Assembly: GCA_051744805.1 (NCBI GenBank)
Contig: JBNJDK010000001.1
Coordinates: forward strand, 32,572-96,571
Length of the DNA: 64,000 bases
Source: Bacillota bacterium
GTDB lineage: Bacteria; Bacillota; Halanaerobiia; Halanaerobiales; DATFIM01
Direction: 5' to 3'
A program made the translations under genes and the position numbers. Numbering within the stretch: the first letter of the stretch is position 1; every line of letters begins with the position of its first letter. This document shows positions 8,206 to 18,652 of the stretch, in pieces. The notes beneath the pieces were generated by a model, which worked only from the letters and a program-made list of their open reading frames with translations, was not told where the DNA came from and did not search any database.

Positions 8206-8234
8206 AATATAACATAAATAAAGTCTTATGTCAA
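8206..8234 (-). promoter_or_regulatory. Sigma-70-type promoter of tetR
   Basis: On the minus strand: TTGACA, 17 nt, TATATT. It is directly followed by the operator palindrome. Confidence 0.55.
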
Positions 8235-8259
8235 AAAAGGTGGGTTATACCCACCTTTT
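8233..8259. terminator. Rho-independent terminator, bidirectional in form
   Basis: AAGGTGGGT-tat-ACCCACCTT flanked by A6 and T4. On the minus strand it ends the glgA-pullulanase-wHTH-Zn-ribbon unit. Confidence 0.8.
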
Positions 8260-8266
8260 AAAATTA

Positions 8267-8515
8267 TTATTTATTTATTTTTTTACCTGTAAAAGTAAAT
8301 TCATCACTATTCATCTTGTAATATTTTCCTCTATTATTTTCTTCTAACTCACCAATAATATTACCACATTGAGAACAGACTAACTTATTATCTACTTCTT
8401 TAGCATCATACACTCTAGTAATTCTATTTTTCCAGCATCTTAAAACTTTCCCCTGTCCAATTTTTTTGTATTTAAAAAGTTTTGATTTACACTTAGCACA
8501 TTTAATAGTTAAAAT
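8267..8515 (-). CDS. Small zinc-ribbon protein (CxxC...CxxC) with no canonical start codon; putative ATT start
   Basis: Hand translation gives (I/M)LTIKCAKCKSKLFKYKKIGQGKVLRCWKNRITRVYDAKEVDNKLVCSQCGNIIGELEENNRGKYYKMNSDEFTFTGKKINK*. GAGGTG lies 5 nt upstream of the ATT, and an in-frame TGA lies 4 codons upstream. There is no ATG/GTG/TTG near the 5' end. The ORF is not in the track. Confidence 0.45.
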   Translation of the reverse strand: MLTIKCAKCKSKLFKYKKIGQGKVLRCWKNRITRVYDAKEVDNKLVCSQCGNIIGELEENNRGKYYKMNSDEFTFTGKKINK

Positions 8516-8533
8516 GTTATCACCTCAAAATTA

Positions 8534-9088
8534 CTAATCCATTTCCGGGAAAAAGAAATTATACAGATAATATTTATGGTATTCAGAATTATTTTTTCTT
8601 TCCTTATCATCTTTATCACTTAAAAAATCATCAATAATTTCATTTAATTTTTCAGCTTCTTCATCAGTAAGATAAATTCCTGAATAACTAATTTTTATAT
8701 TTTTATAAAATTTTTCATTTTTTTCTTCTTTACTTAAATCATTTTTTTCATATAATTTATCTAAATTACTTATCAAACTATTCTCCATATGATTAATAAA
8801 TCCTCTAATCCAATCAGCATTATCTTTGTTAGTACTACTTATCAATTCTTCACCTTCAAAACTATCAGCAGCAGTTCTTACTCCATTTTCTGTCTTTTCT
8901 AATATCCCTGCTTTAACCATTTCTTTAACATAACTATTTATTAAAGATTTTTTTTCATTTAATTTTTTAACAATATAATCTAAAGAAACTGTTTCATCTT
9001 CTACAACTCCAATTATATCCATGGATATCGGATCACCAAGAAGTTCCATAATTTCACGATCAGTGATTTTCATTTTCTTTTTTTTCAT
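8534..9088 (-). CDS. Winged-helix (ArsR-like) putative transcriptional regulator
   Basis: The N-terminal REIMELLGDPISMDIIG...SLINSYVKEMVKAGILEK resembles a wHTH. The start was moved to ATG 9088 (AGGAGG RBS). The track's longer ORF would overlap the pullulanase gene. Confidence 0.55.
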   Translation of the reverse strand: MKKKKMKITDREIMELLGDPISMDIIGVVEDETVSLDYIVKKLNEKKSLINSYVKEMVKAGILEKTENGVRTAADSFEGEELISSTNKDNADWIRGFINHMENSLISNLDKLYEKNDLSKEEKNEKFYKNIKISYSGIYLTDEEAEKLNEIIDDFLSDKDDKERKNNSEYHKYYLYNFFFPEMD

Positions 9089-9119
9089 AAAAAATCCTCC
9101 TTTGAAGTTATTTTTTATT

Positions 9120-11027
9120 CTACTTAGAAACAAGAACCATAACAGAAATAGGAGGGACTTTAATATAATCATCTTCAAAAATATTAAAAACTTCATTTCC
9201 AGCCTGTTTATCATCTACAATAATTCCCCATCTTCCTTCTCCTATTTCAAAATCCCTCCATTCACGATTGGGATTATAAAGTATTACTAATTCTTCTTTC
9301 TTCTTATCAGTTTTAGAAGATTTTAGTTTATAGGCAATTGTATTAGGTGAAGATTCTAAAAACTCAAGATTCTTTCTTATTTTCTCTGCATTTTCCATTC
9401 TAAAAACTTCAAAACTATTTCTCAATTCTATTAATCCACTATAATATTTGAATGTATCATGAAATCTAGTTTTTCTTTCCCATTTTAACATATTAATATA
9501 ATCTCCGGCATTATAACTATTTGAGTTTCCAAATTTAGTACGCAAAAATTCTTCTCCTCCATATAAAAAAGGAACCCCTAAAGAAGTAAAAATTATTGCC
9601 TGGGCCATTTTATCCATCTTAATCCTAATATACCTTGGATCTTCTCCATTAGTTTTTTTAAGTTTATCCCAGAGTGTAAGATTATCATGAGCACTAACAT
9701 AATTGATAGTCTCACTGGGACTTACTGTAAAATCATGAATTTCTTCATTATAATAAATTCCACCAACTATTCCCTTTTTAACTCCTTCACTGAAACCTTC
9801 TTTTCCATTAACAAAGCCTTTACTATTGCCATCAGTATCACCTTTAATAGCATCACGAAAATGATCATTAAAAGCAGAAATATTCATTTTCTTTTGAGCT
9901 CCTTTTAACATTTGTTCATCATGATGGAGTTGAGGTGGTAAAGCAGACCAGGGTTCACCATATAAAAGAATTGATGAATCCATTTCATGTAATTCATCTT
10001 CAGCTTTATCCATAGTTTCTTTATCAATTATTCTCATTAAATCAAATCTAAACCCATCAATATGATATTCTTCTGCCCAATAACATAGTGAGTCTATAAT
10101 AAATTTTCTAGCCATTGGTTTTTCAGTAGCAAATTCATTACCTACTCCAGAGCCATTGGCTAAATTATGTTCATCTTCATGTTTTCTATAAAAATAACCT
10201 GGTGCTGTTTTTTCAAAATTAGATTCTTCAGTATAATAGGTATGATTATATACTACATCCATAATTACACCTATTCCTTCATCATGAAGAGCCTTAACCA
10301 TCTTTTTAAATTCAATAATTCTTGTTTCATCAGAGGGATCACTGGCATAAGAACCTTCAGGTACATTATAATAATAAGGATCATAACCCCAGTTATAGTC
10401 GTCCGGCCAGGTATCATCTACTGTAGCAAAATCAAAGACTGGTAAAAGGTGAACATGGGTAATTCCTAAATTTTTCAAATGATCAATTCCTGTATTAAAC
10501 CCATATCGATTTTTGGTACCTTTTTCAGTAAAAGCTAAATAATCACCTTTTAATTCAATTCCTGATTCTGAAGAACTGGAAAAATCTTTGACATGGACTT
10601 CATATATTACAGCATCTGTTGGCTTTTCTAATTTTACCCTCTTATCATTTTCCCAGCCTTCAGGATTAGTTTTAGAAAGATCAACTATATACCCTAACTT
10701 ACTATTAGTACCAACTGCTCTTGCGTAAGGATCAATCACTTCATAACTAAATTCACCATAATCAATTATAAATAAATAATAATTACCAGAAAGATTTTCA
10801 GAAACAAAAGTAGTCCAACATCCATTTTCATCTTTTTTTAAATTAAATTTATCTTTTATTGATTTATTATTCTCATCTTCAAAAATTAAAACTTCAACTT
10901 TATTAGCAGCCGGGGCCCAGATTTTAAAAGAAGTAGAGCTATCCTCTGCAATAACACCTAAATCGTCTTCATCACAATAAAAATTATCATAGTTAAAATC
11001 CAAATCCATTTTTTTATCTAAACTCAT
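9120..11027 (-). CDS. Type I pullulanase / debranching enzyme (GH13), no signal peptide
   Basis: 635 aa with YNWGYDP, GVIMDVVYNH, GFRFDLM and YVSAHDN motifs. Confidence 0.9.
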   Translation of the reverse strand: MSLDKKMDLDFNYDNFYCDEDDLGVIAEDSSTSFKIWAPAANKVEVLIFEDENNKSIKDKFNLKKDENGCWTTFVSENLSGNYYLFIIDYGEFSYEVIDPYARAVGTNSKLGYIVDLSKTNPEGWENDKRVKLEKPTDAVIYEVHVKDFSSSSESGIELKGDYLAFTEKGTKNRYGFNTGIDHLKNLGITHVHLLPVFDFATVDDTWPDDYNWGYDPYYYNVPEGSYASDPSDETRIIEFKKMVKALHDEGIGVIMDVVYNHTYYTEESNFEKTAPGYFYRKHEDEHNLANGSGVGNEFATEKPMARKFIIDSLCYWAEEYHIDGFRFDLMRIIDKETMDKAEDELHEMDSSILLYGEPWSALPPQLHHDEQMLKGAQKKMNISAFNDHFRDAIKGDTDGNSKGFVNGKEGFSEGVKKGIVGGIYYNEEIHDFTVSPSETINYVSAHDNLTLWDKLKKTNGEDPRYIRIKMDKMAQAIIFTSLGVPFLYGGEEFLRTKFGNSNSYNAGDYINMLKWERKTRFHDTFKYYSGLIELRNSFEVFRMENAEKIRKNLEFLESSPNTIAYKLKSSKTDKKKEELVILYNPNREWRDFEIGEGRWGIIVDDKQAGNEVFNIFEDDYIKVPPISVMVLVSK

Positions 11028-11074
11028 AATAGAGAATTATCCTTCCTTTAGTCTAATTTTATAATATATTGTTT

Positions 11075-12514
11075 TTATAGACTTTTATATAATTTTATAT
11101 ATTCCTGTGCTGAATGTTTCCAACTAAAATCTTTTTCCATAGCTTTTTTCATTAATTTTTTCCAAATATCATTTTTTCTATAAAAAGATATGGCTCTTCT
11201 AATCGTATACATTAAATCATGAGCATTAAAGTTTGCAAAAGAAAAACCAAATCCACTATCTTCAAATTCATTATAAGGTTCAACCGTATCTTTTAATCCC
11301 CCAGTTTCTTTTACAATTGGAATAGTACCATAACGCATACTAATTATTTGACTTAAACCACATGGTTCAAATCTGGAAGGCATCAAAAACATATCAAGAC
11401 CTGCATACATTTTTTGTGCCAATTTAGCATCATATTCTATTTTCACCCCTACTTTATCTGGATATTTCTGAGCCAGATTTCTAAAATATTCTTCATATCT
11501 TTGCTGACCGGTACCTAATAAAACAAACTGCAATTTTTCCTTATTAAGAGTTTCTTCAATGATTTCTGTGACTAGATCAATACCTTTTTGTTCTACAAGT
11601 CTGCTTACAATTCCTATCAAAGGAATTTCTTCATTAACAGCTAACCCAAATTCTTTTTGCAGTTCTTTTTTATTTTTATATTTATTTTCTAAATTATTTT
11701 TATCATAATTATAATAAATATCAGAATCAGTTTTAGGATCAAATTTATCATAACTTATACCATTAACAATTCCTTTTAAATCTCTACTTCTCATTCTTAA
11801 AGCATAATCAAGACCTTCGCCAAAATATGATGTTTTTATTTCTTCAGCATAAGTTTCACTTACAGTATTAATTTTATCAGCATAGAAAATACCTGCTTTC
11901 ATAAAATTCACAAGCCCATCATGACGGATATTTCCTGAATTCCAGTGCCAGTAATTCACTCCAAGTACATCTCCAATGATTTTAGGATCAAATTGTCCCT
12001 GGTAGCGCAAATTATGAATAGTATAAAGAGTTTTTATATCTTTATAAAAATCATATTTGCGATAATTATCATCTAATAATAGTGCTAAAATACCTGTCTG
12101 CCAATCATTAAAATGAATTATATCTGGTTTAAAACCAATTTCAGGCAACATTTCTAAAACTGCTCTATTAAAAAATGTAAATTGTACCTCTTTATCACCA
12201 TTTTCATATAATGTAGGTCTATTAAAATAAAACTTATTATCTATAAAATAAGTAGGAACTCCCTGATTTGAAAGTTTATTTACTCCTACGTATTCATTTC
12301 TCCAAACTACATTAGTTTTAAAATCAGTAATATGTTCTAACTCTTTTTTATATTTATCATCCATTTTGAGATATTCAGGTAGTACCACTCGAACATCATG
12401 ACCCTGTTTGCGCAATGCTTGGGGTAATGAACCTGAAACATCTGCCAGACCACCTGTTTTAACAAATGGATCTGCTTCAGAAGTAACAAATAAAATTTTT
12501 AACTTTTCAGACAT
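11075..12514 (-). CDS. glgA: Glycogen synthase (ADP-glucose type)
   Basis: 479 aa with an N-terminal KILFVTSEADPFVKTGGLADV and a C-terminal GT5 pattern (PSRFEPCGLSQI). Confidence 0.95.
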   Translation of the reverse strand: MSEKLKILFVTSEADPFVKTGGLADVSGSLPQALRKQGHDVRVVLPEYLKMDDKYKKELEHITDFKTNVVWRNEYVGVNKLSNQGVPTYFIDNKFYFNRPTLYENGDKEVQFTFFNRAVLEMLPEIGFKPDIIHFNDWQTGILALLLDDNYRKYDFYKDIKTLYTIHNLRYQGQFDPKIIGDVLGVNYWHWNSGNIRHDGLVNFMKAGIFYADKINTVSETYAEEIKTSYFGEGLDYALRMRSRDLKGIVNGISYDKFDPKTDSDIYYNYDKNNLENKYKNKKELQKEFGLAVNEEIPLIGIVSRLVEQKGIDLVTEIIEETLNKEKLQFVLLGTGQQRYEEYFRNLAQKYPDKVGVKIEYDAKLAQKMYAGLDMFLMPSRFEPCGLSQIISMRYGTIPIVKETGGLKDTVEPYNEFEDSGFGFSFANFNAHDLMYTIRRAISFYRKNDIWKKLMKKAMEKDFSWKHSAQEYIKLYKSL

Positions 12515-12637
12515 CTTTAAACCCTCCCATCTAAGAAAATTAAAAAAGGTTCTTTTTAATTATATCATTACTTTTAAAAAAAATCCAACTTTGTACTAAG
12601 ATTACTGGGCTAAGTAATAAATAAATATTCATAAATC

Positions 12638-12666
12638 TAGAAATAAATACAAGCATATGTTATAAT
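12638..12666 (+). promoter_or_regulatory. Extended -10 promoter for glgBCD-glgP
   Basis: TAGAAA, 17 nt (ending TGT), TATAAT. It lies about 65 nt upstream of the glgB ATG. Confidence 0.45.
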
Positions 12667-12729
12667 TATATAAACAAATACTGTATTTCTTTAATGGGTT
12701 AAATAACTTTAGTCTTCTGGAGGTAAATT

Positions 12730-14637
12730 ATGAGTGAAAATTATCCAAATGAGTATAATCGCTATTTATTTCATAAAGGGGAAAATTATCATAGTTATAA
12801 ATTTCTTGGTAATCATATTTCTAATAAAAATGATAAAAAAGGAATCAGATTCTCAGTCTGGGCACCAAACGCTAGTAAAGTTAGTGTGATTGGAGATTTT
12901 AACAACTGGCAAAGTGATGTACATCAAATGAAAAAATTAGAAAAATCAGGAATATGGACTAAATTCATCAATGAAGCTAAAACTGGTGACCTTTATAAAT
13001 ATAAAATAATTGGTCCAAATGGTGAAGTTCGAATAAAAGCTGATCCCTATGCTAATTATGCTGAAAAAAAGCCAGAAACTGCTTCACGAATTTTTAATAA
13101 CAATAAATATGAATGGAATGACCACAAATGGCAAAAGAAAAAAGAATCCTTTGACCCCCATAAAGAACCAATTTTAATTTATGAGTTACACCTTGGCTCC
13201 TGGAAAAGAGATGAAAATAATGATTATCTCAATTATCGTGAAATAGCTGATAAACTTATAGATTATATTCTTAAAATGGGTTATACTCATATTGAACTAC
13301 TACCAATTACAGAACATCCTTTTGATGGTTCCTGGGGATATCAGACAACTGGTTATTATGCCGTTACCAGTCGTTATGGAGATCCTGATGATTTTAAATA
13401 TTTAATAGATAAATGTCATCAAAATGATATAGGTGTCATTATAGATTGGGTTCCAGGTCATTTTTGTAAAGATGATCATGGATTACGTATTTTTGATGGA
13501 ACTCCCCTTTATGAAAGCGAAGATCCTAGAAAAGCCGAAAATATACAATGGGATACTCTTAATTTTGATTTTGCCCAACCAGAAGTCTGGAGTTTCCTTA
13601 TTTCTAATGCTATTTATTGGCTAAAAGAATTTCATATTGATGGTATTAGAGCTGATGCAGTAAGTAATATGATATATTTAGATTATCAAAAAAAAGATGG
13701 TCAATGGGCTGCAAATAAATATGGCGGAAATGAAAATTTAGAAGCAATAAATTTTTTGCAGAAATTAAATGAAGTTGTTTTCAAAAATTATCCTGGATCA
13801 TTAATGATAGCAGAAGAATCAAGTGCCTGGCCTGGTGTTACTTCACCAACTTATAGTGAGGGACTGGGATTTAATTTCAAATGGAATATGGGTTGGATGA
13901 ATGACACCTTAGAATATATGGAAAAAGACCCACTATTCCGCAAAGGAATTCATGATAAATTAACCTTTTCTATCATGTATACCTATTCAGAAAATTACAT
14001 ACTCCCTCTCTCCCACGATGAAGTAGTTCATGGTAAAAAATCCTTACTAAATAAAATGCCAGGAGATTATTGGGAAAAATTTTCTAATTTACGTCTTCTA
14101 TTCGGTTATATGTTATCTCATCCTGGCAAAAATTTATTATTTATGGGAGGAGAATTCGGTCAATTCATAGAATGGAATTATGAACAGGAATTAGATTGGT
14201 CTTTATTAGAATATGATAAACATAAAAAAATGAATGATTATGTTAAAGAATTAAATGAATTTTATCTAAATGAAAATGCTCTCTGGCTACTTGATCATAA
14301 ATCAGAGGGGTTTGAATGGGTGGAGGCAAATGATAACAAACGTAGTATTATAAGTTTTCTAAGATTTCCATATGATCAGGAAAATCATTTGCTTATTATT
14401 TGCAATTTTACTCCTGTTTTCAGAGAAAATTATCAAGTTGGTATTCCAAGTTATAATGAATATGAAGTAGTTTTTAATAGTGATTTAGAAAAATATGGAG
14501 GTAAAGGTGTTTCTATTCAAAATACTTATTCACCTTCTAAAATATCCTGTAATTCTAAACCATATTCATTAAAAATTGATCTTCCTCCACTCTCTACTTT
14601 ATATTTAAAAGTCAACAAAAAAATTAAGGAGGGTTAA
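12730..14637 (+). CDS. glgB: 1,4-alpha-glucan branching enzyme
   Basis: 635 aa with a GH13 branching-enzyme pattern ([32 protein letters not shown]). Confidence 0.95.
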   Translation: MSENYPNEYNRYLFHKGENYHSYKFLGNHISNKNDKKGIRFSVWAPNASKVSVIGDFNNWQSDVHQMKKLEKSGIWTKFINEAKTGDLYKYKIIGPNGEVRIKADPYANYAEKKPETASRIFNNNKYEWNDHKWQKKKESFDPHKEPILIYELHLGSWKRDENNDYLNYREIADKLIDYILKMGYTHIELLPITEHPFDGSWGYQTTGYYAVTSRYGDPDDFKYLIDKCHQNDIGVIIDWVPGHFCKDDHGLRIFDGTPLYESEDPRKAENIQWDTLNFDFAQPEVWSFLISNAIYWLKEFHIDGIRADAVSNMIYLDYQKKDGQWAANKYGGNENLEAINFLQKLNEVVFKNYPGSLMIAEESSAWPGVTSPTYSEGLGFNFKWNMGWMNDTLEYMEKDPLFRKGIHDKLTFSIMYTYSENYILPLSHDEVVHGKKSLLNKMPGDYWEKFSNLRLLFGYMLSHPGKNLLFMGGEFGQFIEWNYEQELDWSLLEYDKHKKMNDYVKELNEFYLNENALWLLDHKSEGFEWVEANDNKRSIISFLRFPYDQENHLLIICNFTPVFRENYQVGIPSYNEYEVVFNSDLEKYGGKGVSIQNTYSPSKISCNSKPYSLKIDLPPLSTLYLKVNKKIKEG

Positions 14638-14638
14638 A

Positions 14639-15814
14639 ATGGCAAAAAAAGAAATGGTAGCAATGCTTCTTGCAGGTGGTAAAGGTACACGCCTTGGAGT
14701 TTTAACAAATAATCTAGCTAAACCTGCTGTACCTTTTGGTGCAGAATTTAGATTAATTGATTTTCCTTTAAGTAATTGTTCCAATTCAGGTATAAATACT
14801 GTAGGTATTCTTACTCAATATGAACCACTTATTCTTAATTCGTATATAGGTAATGGTAGTTCCTGGGAACTCGATAGAAATGATGGAGGGGTAACAGTTC
14901 TTCCACCTTATTTACATGATGGGGGTGGAGGTTGGTATAAAGGAACAGCAGATGCTGTGTATCATAATATCAACTATATAGACCGCTATGATCCTGAATA
15001 TGTTCTAGTTTTATCTGGAGATCACATTTACAAAATGGATTATTCAAAAATGCTCGATTTTCACAAAGAAAAAGATGCAGCAGCCTCTTTAGCTGTAATA
15101 GAAGTTCCCTGGGAAGAAACTCATCGTTTTGGAATTATGAATACAAATGAAAAAAAACAAATAATTGAATTCCAGGAAAAACCTGAAAAAGCCAAAAATA
15201 ATTTAGCTTCTATGGGAATATATATATTTGATTGGCCAACTTTAAAAGAATATTTAATTGAGGATAGTAGAAATCCAGAATCCTCAGGTGATTTTGGGAA
15301 AAATATAATACCAGCTATGATCAATGATAAACATAGTGTTTATGCATATGAATTTGAAGGTTACTGGATGGATGTAGGTACAATCGAAAGTTATTGGAAA
15401 GCTCATATGGATTTAATCCATAAAGATGCCGGTCTTGACCTTTATGACCGTGATTGGATTATATCCAGCTTAAATCCAAATCAACCTCCTCTTTACATTT
15501 CTGAAGATGCAGAGGTTAACCATTCTTTAATTAACAAAGGAAGTGAAATTGAAGGTACTGTTAAGAATTCAGTAATATTCTTTGGCTCTTCAGTAGGCAA
15601 AAATTCTATTGTTGAAGATTCAGTAATTTTACCTAATACTAGAATTGGGGAAGGATGCTATATAAATCGATCAATTATCTGTCATAATGTAAATATTGAA
15701 GATAATTGTAATGTTGGAGCTGATAATTTAATTAATCCTGATATAACTGTAATTGCAGATAATATGACTATTTCTAGAGGAGCAAATATAGAGAATGGTT
15801 CGGTTGTCGAATAA
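14639..15814 (+). CDS. glgC: Glucose-1-phosphate adenylyltransferase
   Basis: 391 aa with [23 protein letters not shown] and a left-handed beta-helix C-terminus. Confidence 0.95.
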   Translation: MAKKEMVAMLLAGGKGTRLGVLTNNLAKPAVPFGAEFRLIDFPLSNCSNSGINTVGILTQYEPLILNSYIGNGSSWELDRNDGGVTVLPPYLHDGGGGWYKGTADAVYHNINYIDRYDPEYVLVLSGDHIYKMDYSKMLDFHKEKDAAASLAVIEVPWEETHRFGIMNTNEKKQIIEFQEKPEKAKNNLASMGIYIFDWPTLKEYLIEDSRNPESSGDFGKNIIPAMINDKHSVYAYEFEGYWMDVGTIESYWKAHMDLIHKDAGLDLYDRDWIISSLNPNQPPLYISEDAEVNHSLINKGSEIEGTVKNSVIFFGSSVGKNSIVEDSVILPNTRIGEGCYINRSIICHNVNIEDNCNVGADNLINPDITVIADNMTISRGANIENGSVVE

Positions 15815-15855
15815 TCATACTGCTATTTTTAGAAAATGGAAGGAGGAAATTATAA

Positions 15856-16968
15856 ATGAAAAATGTAATGGGTATAGTAAATGATATTCAGGAAGAAGAA
15901 GTTCTAAAAGATTTAACCAAACATCGTTCACTCGCTTCACTACCTTTTGGGTGTAGATATCGTCTTATTGACTTTCCTTTATCCAATATGGTGAATTCAG
16001 GAATAATAAATGTTGGTATATTTCTCGAAGATAAATTTAGATCTCTACTTGATCATATAGGTCCTGGAAAGGCCTGGGATCTGGACCGTAAAAGAGATGG
16101 ACTCTTTTTATTACCTGCCAGTCAACGTAATAACAAAAATAGAATTTATAAAGGTGATATAGAAAGCTTAGAAGCAAATTTAGATTATTTACACCGAAGC
16201 AGTCAGGATTATGTAGTAATTACAAGTTCAAAAGTAATCTGTAATATGGATTACAATGATGCTTTTGATTTTCATCTTGACTCAGACGCTGATATAACTG
16301 CTATCTATAAACAGGTTTCTTCTCCAAAACAGAGTAAAAATCAAACTGTTTTAGAAACTGACAGTGATGATAGAGTTATAGAAATGAAAGTAAGTCCAGA
16401 AAGGCAGGGTTACAACAAAATTTCTCTTGAAAAATTTATTATGAAAAAAGATTTATTAATAGATATAATAGATGATTGTTATTCTACCGGTAGATGGGAT
16501 TTTATAAAAGATGGGATTATTAAAAACATTGATAAATATAAAATTAAAGCCTATCCCTATAAAGGTTATATAGCTAATATTAATTCTGTAAATAGTTATT
16601 TTCATAAAAGTCTTGAACTTTTAAAACCTGATAATCGAAAAGATATGTTCCACAAACATCAAGTTTTTACCAAACCAAAAGATGAAGCTCCTACAAAATT
16701 TAGTGATCGTGGACAGGCTAAAAATATAATTGCTGCAAATGGATGTATAGTTGAAGGAGATGTAGAAAATAGTATACTCTTTAGAGGAGTAACTATTAAA
16801 AGAGGTGCTCATGTTAGAAATAGTATTATAATGCAAAAAACAACCATTGGCAGAAATGCCCAGCTTGAAAATGTAATTACAGACAAAAATGCAAGAATCA
16901 AAGAAGGAACTGAACTTAAAGGAAGTAGAAATTTTCCAGTCATAATTGAAAAAAATGCGAAAGTTTAA
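15856..16968 (+). CDS. glgD: Glucose-1-phosphate adenylyltransferase subunit GlgD
   Basis: 370 aa. It is a GlgC paralog lacking the GGxGxR loop ([20 protein letters not shown]) and sits directly after glgC, as in Firmicutes. Confidence 0.9.
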   Translation: MKNVMGIVNDIQEEEVLKDLTKHRSLASLPFGCRYRLIDFPLSNMVNSGIINVGIFLEDKFRSLLDHIGPGKAWDLDRKRDGLFLLPASQRNNKNRIYKGDIESLEANLDYLHRSSQDYVVITSSKVICNMDYNDAFDFHLDSDADITAIYKQVSSPKQSKNQTVLETDSDDRVIEMKVSPERQGYNKISLEKFIMKKDLLIDIIDDCYSTGRWDFIKDGIIKNIDKYKIKAYPYKGYIANINSVNSYFHKSLELLKPDNRKDMFHKHQVFTKPKDEAPTKFSDRGQAKNIIAANGCIVEGDVENSILFRGVTIKRGAHVRNSIIMQKTTIGRNAQLENVITDKNARIKEGTELKGSRNFPVIIEKNAKV

Positions 16969-16983
16969 GGAGAGTGCGTTTAT

Positions 16984-18600
16984 ATGAAAAACATGAAAAA
17001 CAAAAATCCAAATGTAGCTTATTTTTGTATGGAATTTGGGCTTGCCAAAAATCTTAGGATTTATGCAGGTGGTTTAGGAATCTTAGCTGGGGATATACTA
17101 AAAACAGCTAATGAATGTTATTATCCTTTGATCGGTATTGGTCTTCTCTGGAAAAAAGGTTATACTAAACAATTAATTGGGGATAATAATTACCCTTATG
17201 ATTCTTATCCTACCTATGAAGAAATATATGATGAATTAGAAGATACTGGTGTTGTGGTAGAAGTACCCATTAAAGAACAAACTATATTTACTAAAGTCTG
17301 GAAATTAGAAGGTTATGGAAACACACCTCTTTATTTACTTGATACAAATTTACCTCAAAATGATGAGCAACAAATTATTACTGATAAACTTTATATTGGT
17401 TCTGAAGAAAAAAGAGTAGCTCAAGAGATGATTTTAGGTATTGGTGGTATGAAAGCTATTAGAGAACTTGATTTAAATATAGATGTTTTTCACTTTAATG
17501 AAGGTCATGCTGTACTTGCAGGAACAGAATTAATAAAAGAAAAAATGAAAAAAAATATTGATTTTGATAAAGCCTGGGAAAAAACTAAAAATGAAATTGT
17601 TTTTACAACTCATACTCCTGTAAAAGAAGGCAATGAATCACATAGCCTTGAGTTACTCGGAGAATTAGGTGCTTTTAATGGTCTTAACTTTAATCAAATG
17701 GAAAAATTAGGTGGTAATCCCTTTAATATGACAGTAGCCGGTTTGCGCCTTTCAAGAACTGCTAATGCAGTCTCTCAACTCCATGGTGAAACTGCCAATG
17801 AAATGTGGGGAGATGTCAAAAATAAAGCTCCTATTAAAGCTATAACTAATGGTGTAAATCGTAGAACATGGGTTGATCATAGTATAATAACAAATTATGA
17901 TGACAATAAAAAATTATGGGAAATACATCAAAAACACAAACAGGAATTGATTGATTATATTAAAAGAAAAAATGCTGTTAGTTTAAGAAATGATAGATTA
18001 ACTATAGGATTTGCCCGTCGAGCAGCTAATTATAAAAGACCTGACCTTATTTTCCGTAAACCTGAAATCATTGGAGAATATTTAGATAATAATAAAATTC
18101 AAATTATATTCTCTGGAAAGGCTCACCCTGAAGATGATAATGGTAAGGAAATGGTTGCAAACTTAGTTCGGATGTCTCAAAAATATCCTGAATCTGTCAC
18201 ATTTATTGAAGATTATGATATCGAAGTAGGAAAATTGTTAACTAAAGGTGTAGATGTCTGGCTTAATAATCCAAGAAAACCACAGGAAGCAAGTGGTACT
18301 TCTGGTATGAAAGCAGCTATGAATGGAGTTTTGAATTTAAGTATTCTTGATGGTTGGTGGCCAGAAATATGTGAACATGGAATAAATGGCTGGCAGTTTG
18401 GAGATGGCTATGTGGGTGAAAATCAGGATCAACATGATCTTGATTCTCTCTATAACGTTCTTTTAGAAGAAGTTGTTCCTACTTATTATGAAAATAAAGA
18501 AAAATGGATAGAAATGATGCAGGCAAGTATCGACTCAACTTATGATCGTTTTTCAGCCAAAAATATGCTGGAAAAATATTATGAAAAACTTTATAGTTAA
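16984..18600 (+). CDS. glgP: Alpha-glucan (glycogen/maltodextrin) phosphorylase, short GT35 type
   Basis: 538 aa with FCMEFGL, GGLGILAGD and the PLP-site EASGTSGMKAAMNG. Confidence 0.9.
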   Translation: MKNMKNKNPNVAYFCMEFGLAKNLRIYAGGLGILAGDILKTANECYYPLIGIGLLWKKGYTKQLIGDNNYPYDSYPTYEEIYDELEDTGVVVEVPIKEQTIFTKVWKLEGYGNTPLYLLDTNLPQNDEQQIITDKLYIGSEEKRVAQEMILGIGGMKAIRELDLNIDVFHFNEGHAVLAGTELIKEKMKKNIDFDKAWEKTKNEIVFTTHTPVKEGNESHSLELLGELGAFNGLNFNQMEKLGGNPFNMTVAGLRLSRTANAVSQLHGETANEMWGDVKNKAPIKAITNGVNRRTWVDHSIITNYDDNKKLWEIHQKHKQELIDYIKRKNAVSLRNDRLTIGFARRAANYKRPDLIFRKPEIIGEYLDNNKIQIIFSGKAHPEDDNGKEMVANLVRMSQKYPESVTFIEDYDIEVGKLLTKGVDVWLNNPRKPQEASGTSGMKAAMNGVLNLSILDGWWPEICEHGINGWQFGDGYVGENQDQHDLDSLYNVLLEEVVPTYYENKEKWIEMMQASIDSTYDRFSAKNMLEKYYEKLYS

Positions 18601-18623
18601 ATAAAATTTATTAAATAATTCTT

Positions 18624-18648
18624 AGGAGAGGCACTTGCCTCTCCTTTT
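18624..18648 (+). terminator. Rho-independent terminator after glgP
   Basis: AGGAGAGGC-actt-GCCTCTCCT followed by TTT. Confidence 0.75.
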
Positions 18649-18652
18649 ATAT

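Noticed and set aside
8534-9214. Long N-terminal extensions in several track ORFs: 8534..9214, 4400..5281, 5229..7580, 27946..28869, 52311..52712, 53269..54510, 56258..56827 and 21379..23685.
   Set aside because: The extensions overlap the upstream gene or a regulatory site, are hydrophobic or low-complexity, and lack an RBS. Internal ATGs with good Shine-Dalgarno sequences give products that begin like known family members.
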